Shown here: one piece after another, positions 56,064 through 64,000 of the stretch
Layout: every line of letters starts with the position of its first letter
How positions within the stretch are numbered: position 1 is the stretch's first letter
Translations under genes and position numbers: made by a program
Notes under the pieces: model-generated
What the model was told of the DNA's origin: nothing
The model's input: the letters and a program-made list of their open reading frames with translations, nothing else
The model's database searches: none
Assembly: GCF_026210795.1 (NCBI RefSeq)
Contig: NC_089429.1
Span: 1,922,001-1,986,000 of the forward strand
Source of the DNA: Rhizophagus irregularis
Lineage: Eukaryota
Reading direction: 5' to 3'
DNA: 64,000 bases

Positions 56064-57435
56064 ATGTCGCATTTAGAGAATTATTACAAATACTACAATC
56101 TCTCCGGAGTACCAGCACGAATTCTAAAAGGTGAGGAGCACTACAATCTATACAAAAAGCCCCTAAAGGAAAAGTCATCAGAGCGTCCACGAGTAGTTGT
56201 ATGGAAACCAAATGCGACGCATCAGGCAGATCTCGCAGAGATGCCAGTCGACCCCAAAGGATTCCACTATTTCCTCGTAGTGGTAGAAGTCGCGAGTAAA
56301 CGAGTTGACGCAGAACTCCTAAAGGATAAAACCGCAAATAGGGTTCTCAATGGATTTGTCAAAATCTACAGAAGAAATCGCATTAAGCCACCAACACATC
56401 GAATAGAGACAGACTCTGGATCAGAATTCACCAATGATCAGGTACGTGATTTTTTCCTGAACAGCCTAGGGGTGATGATGAGGTTCGGAGAACCAGGAAG
56501 ACATAAACAGCAATCATACGCTGAACGAGCTATCCAAGCTATTCAAGAACCTCTTCTCAAACGAATGGTGGCACAGGAGTTGAAGACCGGGGTGACATCC
56601 GTGGAATGGTCAGAAGATTTCCATGATGTAGTTAATAAAATAGATAAACTCTGGCAAAGAAATCCCCCAGACATTCTGACTGGGTCACCCAAAGTGTCAA
56701 AAAAGACGGAACTTCTTTCTGAAGGAACGCGTGTCCAAGTAAAGTTAGATGAACCTATCTCAGTACTCGGTAATAAACTTCATGGAAAATTTCATACAGG
56801 AGACATAAGATGGAATCCCAATATCCGTGTCATCAAAAAAATGATCCTCTCACCCGACACTGGTAAAAAAATGGTCTATCCTACACATCCTACACATATC
56901 TTACATATATCGGGTACTCAAAATGTAGAAAATCATACACAAATAATACACATATCATACACATATCGGGTACTTATATATATAGTATACCTATCAGGTA
57001 CCTGATATATGTATGATATATATATTAGTACCTGATATGTGTATGATATGTGTATTATTTGTGTATGATTTTCTACATTTTGAGTACCCAATATGTGTAA
57101 GATATGTGTAGGATAAATCATTTTTTTACCAGTGCGAACAGCCTCCTACGTATCTTCTTGATGGGCCACACGGGCGTCTAGGTGTATCCAGATGTGCGTA
57201 CACCCGAAAAGAGTTGCAGATTGTTCCAGAAAATGAATATCCCCCACCTGACTTTGTGATAAGAGGGCAACCCGAAAGATTTGTACCTGAGCGGATACTC
57301 CGGCATCGCATCAGGAAGGGTCAAGACCAGTATCTAGTCAAGTGGGAATGATACCCAGATACCAAAGCCACTTGGGAACCCGCTGACTGGTTGGAGGAGG
57401 ATGTTCCCGATTTAATTTGCAAATTTTGGGAATAA
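56064..57435 (+). pseudogene. rve-family DDE integrase with C-terminal chromodomain, disrupted by a MITE
   Basis: HQADL, ETDSGSEF, AERAIQAI; frame restored after MITE removal (SPEQPPTYLL..YTRKELQIV); chromodomain FVPERIL..YLVKWE*YP..ATWEP; TAA 57433-57435. Confidence 0.9.
56858..57134. mobile_element. CACTG-ended palindromic MITE inside the integrase
   Basis: CACTGGTAAAAAAATG / CATTTTTTTACCAGTG; 3-bp TSD CGA; related to 32812-33106. Confidence 0.92.
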
Positions 57436-57449
57436 AAAATAAATATTCC

Positions 57450-58181
57450 CTATTTTTTGTCTCCTCGATTCACGTCAGAAACTATCGGGATAAAAACATT
57501 CTTCTCATTACAAGTAAGGGCGATATGTTTACGTGATTCATGGACATCATAATTGTAACGTTTCAGACACGTTCGGCTCAATCCAATCTCCCTATGCTTG
57601 TAATCGCTTAAAACCGCGAGATTCTCAGTGATTACACAATCAGGGGTTAGTTTGATTAACACACCTTTTACCATGCCGAATGTCCTACCAGAACCCGGAG
57701 CGCTGGATATGTTATGTGTAATACTCTTGTCGATATCCAACCCTAATTCCTCAGCGGCTTCTCTCTGAATAAAAGACGCGTTAGCACAGGTGTCTGCTAA
57801 ACACTGAATTGCTATCCCATTGACCTCCCCATCCAGCGCTAAAAGATCTTTAGTATTCTCCAAACGAGCTATGTCAATATCCATCGGGTCATCTTCCCTG
57901 ATATCCTCTTCTTGTTTTTCCTCAACTAGGTCTTCCGGAATCTCTGTACTTTTACGAACAGACTTTAATTCTTCCCGAAGAATCTCGCGGAGTAATTTCC
58001 TAAAATCTGCAGACCTTAATAAACTTAATGAATCATTTTTGGTGACAGCTTTTATAAGTGTGGACTTACTACTAGTAACCTTCACAGGAATCTTAATAGG
58101 AGTCATTTTAACTGATTTTTTTGGAACAGATTTAAGAAGTTTCGAGATACTTACACCCTTATCCGAGTTTACTTTTTTTTT
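57450..58181 (-). CDS. Retropepsin-like aspartic protease in the -1 frame downstream of gag
   Basis: GEVNGIAIQCLADTCANASFI and EIGLSRTCL motifs; ends at TAG 57450 with no RT domain following. Confidence 0.85.
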   Translation of the reverse strand, partial: KKKVNSDKGVSISKLLKSVPKKSVKMTPIKIPVKVTSSKSTLIKAVTKNDSLSLLRSADFRKLLREILREELKSVRKSTEIPEDLVEEKQEEDIREDDPMDIDIARLENTKDLLALDGEVNGIAIQCLADTCANASFIQREAAEELGLDIDKSITHNISSAPGSGRTFGMVKGVLIKLTPDCVITENLAVLSDYKHREIGLSRTCLKRYNYDVHESRKHIALTCNEKNVFIPIVSDVNRGDKK

Positions 58182-59647
58182 GTACTTCGAACCGCACAAA
58201 TCCGAAAACCACCTTCCTCATCGGGAACAAATTTCAAGTCATCAAAACTTGCGGTATTAGTATCAATATCCATAGCATCATCATTAAGATCGAGGTTTCT
58301 CATTGCTCAGGCTAATTCCAGATCATCGCGTCTATCTTTAGCCTTCTGAAGTCGCTTTGGAAATCTTTTAGACGTCTCATATCCCATAATAAGATCAATA
58401 ACATGTTGATCATCCTCACTAGTCCATTCAGGAGCATCAGGGTCATCACCAACATCATGATTTACATAACCATCATCCCAATCAGGATCCTGATGATCCT
58501 GAACAACACGTCTCTGTGGTTTTGGTCGAACAGGTTTAATCTGTTGTCTATAGACCGGTGGTGGTTTAAATGCTTGTAATTGTTTAAATTGCGCCTGGAA
58601 ATTCTTGGTAAGTTCCTCGGCCTGTGTCTTAAGCAATTCTTGTAATCGTTCTTAAGTAATAACGTCTGTCGACCTTTGCATTACAGCACCTTCGTGTGGA
58701 GTCACAGGATGAGTATAGCCAGCCAATTCCTCTTTTTTAGCCTTTTCAATACCCTGGCGCCTTTGTAATCCATAGAACATTTCGCCCTTTCATCGCTCAA
58801 GATCACTCAATCTATCGATTAATATATTAAGAGGTGCCGCCCCGATTCTGGAAGCTTCAATAACGTTTTCCGGCAAAAGTCCTCTATAGAACTGGTCAGT
58901 AACCATAATTCGATTATATCTTACAATATCCCCAGCCCTCTCAACTCGCTTATAGTAAGATCGAACAGGTTCGCCTTATTCCTGGTAAAGGTTACTAAAT
59001 CGTATCTGAAGTCTTTCTTCCACGACGGTTGGAAAATTTGTGCGCATAGGCATAAATGCTTGATCCAGGAGAATCCCCTGTAAGACTATCGGTTGATTCT
59101 GAACAGCAGCATTAAATGGACCTCCATGATTTCCCAACCCATTAACGGGTTGATGAGTAGGACGTCCGCCCGCACGCCTCCACTGCTCTTCAACTTTAAA
59201 ATTTGATCTAACGATATCAGCGCGTGATGAGAAAAATGCATCTCCAACAGTTACCGCCGCATTACCTGCAATCCTTGAATATACATCAGCATCAGACCCG
59301 GGTAAGTAAGTACCAACATGTAATCCATTAGCAACCTCAGGAACAGCCAAAGCTCTGAATGCTCGGCGAGTGGCACCGGCTCCACCATTTGCAGCAGCCA
59401 CTAACCGAATATTCGAGAGTTCCCAATTTTTTCCAGTAAGTTCTGCATCAAACCACCTCGCCGCTTCATCTCTCATACAGCTACGAAGAACCCCCATCGC
59501 TCTCACCCAACCAGGAGGCGCACCAGCATCGTCCAATGGATCAATACCAACGGTATTAATATACCCTAAAAAGTTATCAATAAAAAGATTAAGATCTTCA
59601 TCTTCCTGACCATGAAATATGGGGGCAGCTATACCAACGGCAGCCAT
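58169..59647 (-). pseudogene. Ty3/gypsy-type Gag (capsid) with four premature stops
   Basis: PIFHGQEDEDL..F, AARWF, MHR-like LYQE*GEPVRSYYKRV, QFYRGL; same-frame stops at 58976, 58790, 58652, 58307; natural end STKKK-TAA at 58169. Confidence 0.8.
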
Positions 59648-60333
59648 ATCGTATTTTGTGGATGGTTGAGAGGAGGTGGAGGAGGGTTCAATTGTCTAAT
59701 CCGAAACCATTGTACTTGGATACGCAGAGCGGCTATTTGTTGGAAAAGTCGATTCCTAAGACATCCCAATGTCCGAATTCCAAAAAGAACCCGATTATTG
59801 GCATATACAAGCTGATTTCGTATTGCATCACGCTCGCCTATAGCTCTATTACGTTCACCTATAGCTCTATTACGTTCTCCTCTCATAAGATTATATTGCT
59901 GCTGAAGACGACGATTAGTCATCCGCATACCACCAAACTCACGTTCCAATTCAGCCAAATTAGCTTCCAAACCAGTAATAGTATCTTGTACGATATTTAG
60001 CTCATCTTGTGTAAGACCTAACAAACCTGTTTGAACCTCGAGTTCATCTTGTAATTCATCGCGTTCTTTTCGAGATCGATCACGTTCTGCTTTTAATATA
60101 TCGCGTTCTTCGTATGTTTCACTACAGCGATGAATTAATAAATTAAGAGCATGTTTAAGACGATGGTTTGCATTTTGTACATCTCGATTAACAACCATGC
60201 GATCACTAACAGTTAAAAAATCTGTTAGATCCTTAATTACCGCAACTAATGGTATATTATTCATATCACGCAAATCCCTAAAAGGCGGTCCAGTAGGCTC
60301 TGAAGGAGTATAAATTGCAATTGGTGTCGACAT
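59629..60333 (-). CDS. Coiled-coil protein overlapping the gag start (possibly the gag N-terminus separated by an indel)
   Basis: 234-aa ORF with heptad repeats (GERNRAI) and a poly-Pro tail; overlaps the gag ATG by 19 bp. Confidence 0.65.
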   Translation of the reverse strand: MSTPIAIYTPSEPTGPPFRDLRDMNNIPLVAVIKDLTDFLTVSDRMVVNRDVQNANHRLKHALNLLIHRCSETYEERDILKAERDRSRKERDELQDELEVQTGLLGLTQDELNIVQDTITGLEANLAELEREFGGMRMTNRRLQQQYNLMRGERNRAIGERNRAIGERDAIRNQLVYANNRVLFGIRTLGCLRNRLFQQIAALRIQVQWFRIRQLNPPPPPLNHPQNTIWLPLV

Positions 60334-60364
60334 CGTATTTAAACTAAGTTAGAATAAAATTCAA

Positions 60365-61587
60365 ATGGATCTTTATGTATACAATTTGGACGAGTACACA
60401 ACCGACTCGAGACAGGTAATGAGTTTGCTCCATCATGGCCTTTCCGTCTTGCCGTAGCAGGAAGTTCTGACTCGGGTAAGACAACTATGATCATTAATTT
60501 GTTAATGGGAGACAAGAAGGCAAAGGAGGATGGCGAAAGGTACATATTATGTGATGCGGTAATTCTAGTTGGCAGATACCTCGATGAACCAAAGTGGGCA
60601 GTCGTACGTGAATTTTTCAAAGAAGAAGAAATTCTGTTTACCGCAGTATCCCATAGTGAGATTCCAAATGTTAAGGACTTCAACTCCACCCAGGCTACTG
60701 TGGTAATCTTCGAGGATTTGATGGATGCGCCTAAAAAAACCCAGGATCTCATCACTGGATTTTTTACACACGGACGACACAAAAATATTTCATGTATTTA
60801 TGTGGCCCAAAGATTCTTTACCATTCCCAAGGCTATTCGTGAAAATGTGAATTATATTTCCCTACATGGAGGTCACAGAAGTTTGACCGATACTAAGAGG
60901 ATTATCCGCCAGTATACAGAAGAATCGGAGTCACTAGCTCCAGTAATCGATGACCTTACTCTACAACGCGAATTTATAGTATTTGATCTTAGAAGATCCA
61001 AGAGCGATCCGTTATCTATTCGGGTTAGATGGGATACTAGTCTCAGTTCAATCACTGATCAATCCCCGTTCGATCCGAGTTTGAACCTAGTTCAATCCCT
61101 GTTCGATCCAAGTTTGAACCCAGTTCGATCCCCGTTCGATCCGAGTTTGAACCCAGTTCGATCGAAGTTTAGTCCCTATGGCCAGAAAGCCGTAGCTGAA
61201 GCAAAAAAGTCCTCCCAGCTAATCGAGTTTGCTCGGGAATATCCATCACCTAAAGAGAGAAAACACCTCCTCGTATCCGGTGTTATAGCTAAGAATACAG
61301 ATACCTGGATTAAGTACGTCTTTCGGGAAGCCTACAGACTATCTGGTAAGACCCTGGGATCAGACTTCCAAAACTTCTTAGCAAAAGTACGGGATAGGAC
61401 CACAAAGGCTGAAATTCCAAAACCTGAGACCGTAAAGGAGTTATTCTCCCGATATGAAGTCCTGAAGTCTAGTTACCCTTTGGATAATAAAAAATTAATA
61501 GAAGGCATCGGGGTCCTTTTACAGATCTTTTCTAAGGGTCATATGGACCGTCGAGCATTACGAGTAGGGATCAATAGTATTTTGTAA
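60365..61587 (+). CDS. A32/FtsK-HerA-like DNA packaging ATPase with C-terminal extension; probable indel near the 5' end
   Basis: Walker A AVAGSSDSGKTT (60451-60486, in frame upstream of the tracked ORF), Walker B VVIFEDL, GRHKNISCIYVAQ and IRENVNY; ATG 60365 is in another frame up to ~60415. Confidence 0.85.
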
Positions 61588-62131
61588 GAATCTCGCGAAG
61601 TTCTTCCTCAGAAGCCCTAAGAATCATGGCGCTTTTTTTACGTCCTTCGAAGTCAATCCGTAGCATCATAGCTTTTAACCCAATAGCTCCTAAGGCTCGA
61701 GAAGCAAAGTTCTTAGTCATCGGATTTCTTACATGACTTACATAGTTCTCATAGAATGTAGTAAAGGGTTCGTCAATACCATCTGGGTATGTATTCTGTA
61801 AGAACTGATATAAGGCAATTTCCCCACTGTCACATCCAATGGCTATAAGCTGTTCAAGAAGCCACTTCCTAGTATCCTCGTATGAATCTCTGTCCATAAT
61901 TTTCATATCAAGTCTTTGTGTGAATAATTGTGTAAAATCCGCATTACTTGCCCGACGAATAATCTGGACCAACTTATCCCTGGCAAGTCCCAAGGCTTGT
62001 AAAGGTTCACTCTCGTCGCCAATCTTCTTTATAATCTGTCTATACAACACGCTGGATAATCCTCTATATGCCGCTTTTGCAGAGAATACTCCACAGTTCT
62101 GACACTGGTTTATTACGATTGATGTTGACAT
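61571..62131 (-). CDS. Hypothetical protein, possible C-terminal winged-helix DNA-binding domain
   Basis: Intact 186-aa ORF; FTTFYENY..NPMTKNFASRAL resembles D5/RFX-type wHTH; overlaps the ATPase stop. Confidence 0.55.
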   Translation of the reverse strand: MSTSIVINQCQNCGVFSAKAAYRGLSSVLYRQIIKKIGDESEPLQALGLARDKLVQIIRRASNADFTQLFTQRLDMKIMDRDSYEDTRKWLLEQLIAIGCDSGEIALYQFLQNTYPDGIDEPFTTFYENYVSHVRNPMTKNFASRALGAIGLKAMMLRIDFEGRKKSAMILRASEEELREILTKYY

Positions 62132-62283
62132 GGCTATCTTTCTTTGATTATTCGCTCACTTAGTATCGTTCACAATCTTTTTTATATATTGTTATCTTTA
62201 AATACCTGTCATTTGTAGAAAAAAAAATAACTGGCATTAAGGGATCAATCGTTGGAAAGACCGGAAGACCGGAGGACTGACCA

Positions 62284-62868
62284 TTAGGAAGCGCAGTCCT
62301 TGCACAACTTGTCCGTTAAGTCACTCGGGCTTACAGGCATGAGACATTCCCTACACAACTCAATATTAAGCTCTGCAAGTCTCGGGGCATGGTCCTCCAA
62401 AGTTCGTGGACGACCGGAAGGACCGGAGGAAGGTGTCCCATTAGTCGTATCCTGCTGTAAGATAAAATCATCATATTCATCTTGGTCAGCCTGAATAGCG
62501 GCCCTGATTTGTTGTATATCATTGAAAGTTAACCGCTGGCCATCAAGATTTTCCTCATTATAGCGTGTTTCATTGATGATTTCCTCTATAAGCTCCTCCT
62601 CTTCAGAATGAACAAGGTAGTAGTCCTCGACTACCTCGTAGTCACTCTCAACCAGTCTATGATACGTTCTAGTACCGTGTTGAATATAGCGTCCTGTATC
62701 TGTATTTAAATATACAGGTTGTTCCTGGGGTGGAGGCAGTGCAGTTTGTCTACGGATAAGCCTTCCATTGATATAATCATGGGATTCCATAACTATTCGA
62801 TTAAAGGTATCTCCACCAACACGGATTGGACGTCCGGTTATAGGATTAGTTATATAAGGGTATGACAT
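62284..62868 (-). CDS. Protein with two NPxTGRxI repeats (viral 2-cysteine-adaptor-like) and a C-terminal CxxC..CxxC
   Basis: ITNPITGRPIRVGGDTFNRI and YLNTDTGRYIQHGTRTYHRL; CRECL..LCKDC. Confidence 0.65.
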   Translation of the reverse strand: MSYPYITNPITGRPIRVGGDTFNRIVMESHDYINGRLIRRQTALPPPQEQPVYLNTDTGRYIQHGTRTYHRLVESDYEVVEDYYLVHSEEEELIEEIINETRYNEENLDGQRLTFNDIQQIRAAIQADQDEYDDFILQQDTTNGTPSSGPSGRPRTLEDHAPRLAELNIELCRECLMPVSPSDLTDKLCKDCAS

Positions 62869-62975
62869 GTCTTTTTTCTGTACGTGTCTACATACCTAAT
62901 TGTTATCTTCAATTTACAATAACCAAGTGACATCGTCATCAGTCCTTGTCAAGGCAAACATGGCATAGTAGCCTT

Positions 62976-64000
62976 TATCTTTATTAAATTTATTTATCGA
63001 ACTTACAAAAATAAAACAAAATTTTCAAAGTACAAAAAGAAAAATAAAATTAACTAAAAACAAAACTATATAGTCTCCAAAACAGTAATAAAGCTATAAA
63101 ATTAATTCAAAAAGGAAAAAATCGCATAACACTAAAACTATCCTGATCTTCCGCCTAGATATATTCCAACCTAAGAAGAAGCAACTATGCAAACAAACCA
63201 ACGAACAATGCGCCCATTATTAAAATCGACACACCACCCTGCTAAAGCTGTTAGTAAGTTGCACCGTTAGACGACCCATAAAACCCGAATAGTGATTAAA
63301 CCAAGGCAAACCATATTTCAACGAGTTCTTTAAATAATCAACGTCGGAGTCACGTGTGGCGTCGGAAAGGGTCGGAGGAGGTAAAGTTGAGAAAGGTAAG
63401 TACGTAGACTTTGGCAAATTTGAAGGCCGAGAAAGTTTGAGTTTATGAGTAATATTCATCGCGTCTTCCCATTTAGATTTATCATAGGAGCGCGGTAGCC
63501 AAATTCGTTTTCTAATCTTTTGGATAAAGTGATTGTGGATAGCAGAGATAATCTTCATCGCAGAGTTACGTGGAATAGAAAGTTCTTCAAAAAATTCTAC
63601 AAAGGATTTTGGAAGGCAGCCACGGACGAGGCTATATGAAGTCCAATTTGAAGAAGAAAAGGACCAACAAGGAAGAGATTTAAAGTTGTTAATAATTAAA
63701 GAGGGATCTTTCTTAACGAGATCACCAGCTTCTTGGAGTTTGTTGATAAAGTGATGTTGGTACGAGAGGAGAATCTGTTCCATAGCGATTCGTCTACATT
63801 TGCACATAAACAAGTGCATGAAATCTTCCTTGGAGTCGAGGCACGAACGACACAATAAAATGTCGATATACAAGTCCGGGCGAATTCTTTTAAGATGTTC
63901 CAAGGTAGGCAAATCTTCCAAAAAGAGTTTGAATTTAAAGGTGCGATGAAAGGAAGCATGAGCATGAGTAAATGAAGCATCATGCTGAGGTTCAGAATTT
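62976..64000 (-). mobile_element. 3' end of a non-LTR retrotransposon (LINE): ORF2 C-terminus ending at 63220 plus 3' UTR
   Basis: zf-RVT-like LPTLEHL..CRSC...EDFMHLFMC and RIWLPR; T-rich 3' UTR ending in AATAAA-rich sequence; ORF is open to the window edge. Confidence 0.8.

Larger units (their letters stand above)
54580..62975. mobile_element. Virus-like integrating element (Gag-protease + rve integrase + A32-like ATPase); boundaries approximate, interrupted on the right by a LINE
   Basis: Visibly higher GC; intronless, tightly packed alternating ORFs; see component genes. Confidence 0.75.

Noticed and set aside
56020..56337. N-terminal half of the tracked 212-aa ORF 55699-56337
   Set aside because: Antisense to the integrase; the plausible start is ATG 56019
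56064..59647. Ordinary Ty3/gypsy LTR retrotransposon
   Set aside because: No RT or RNase H, the integrase is a separate gene on the opposite strand, and no LTRs were seen
57820..62102. Shadow ORFs antisense to element genes (57820-58260, 59656-60000, 60339-60782, 61839-62102)
   Set aside because: They overlap better-supported genes on the opposite strand

Overview
AT-rich, intron-containing eukaryotic DNA whose gene families (F-box/LRR-like 'MACSKIFSG' paralogues, Crinkler-type genes) point to an arbuscular mycorrhizal fungus (Glomeromycotina, Rhizophagus-like); this assignment is inferred. 1-22 kb: two F-box/LRR-like genes, a MITE-disrupted AAA-ATPase/PD-(D/E)XK nuclease gene, a 2.8-kb foldback element built from 36-bp hairpin units, and a decayed hAT transposon with a nested MITE. 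22-50 kb: decayed, segmentally duplicated DNA with modular hairpin repeats, many MITEs, a spliced CRN-N/zinc-finger gene, and LRR, HIT-like and astacin pseudogenes. 50.4-54.3 kb: a TIR-bounded transposon with an FYR-like domain fused to a RAG1/Transib/Chapaev-like transposase, plus a convergent zinc-finger gene. ~54.6-63 kb is the main finding: a compact, intronless, virus-like element. It carries a Ty3/gypsy-type Gag plus aspartic protease joined by a -1 slippery site with no RT after it, a convergent rve integrase-chromodomain gene, an A32/FtsK-like packaging ATPase, and small genes resembling those of dsDNA viruses. All seven gene starts share an upstream A[AT]TT[GA]AA motif. A LINE interrupts the element on the right, so the rest may lie outside the window. 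Domain calls come from motif recognition by eye, not database searches.
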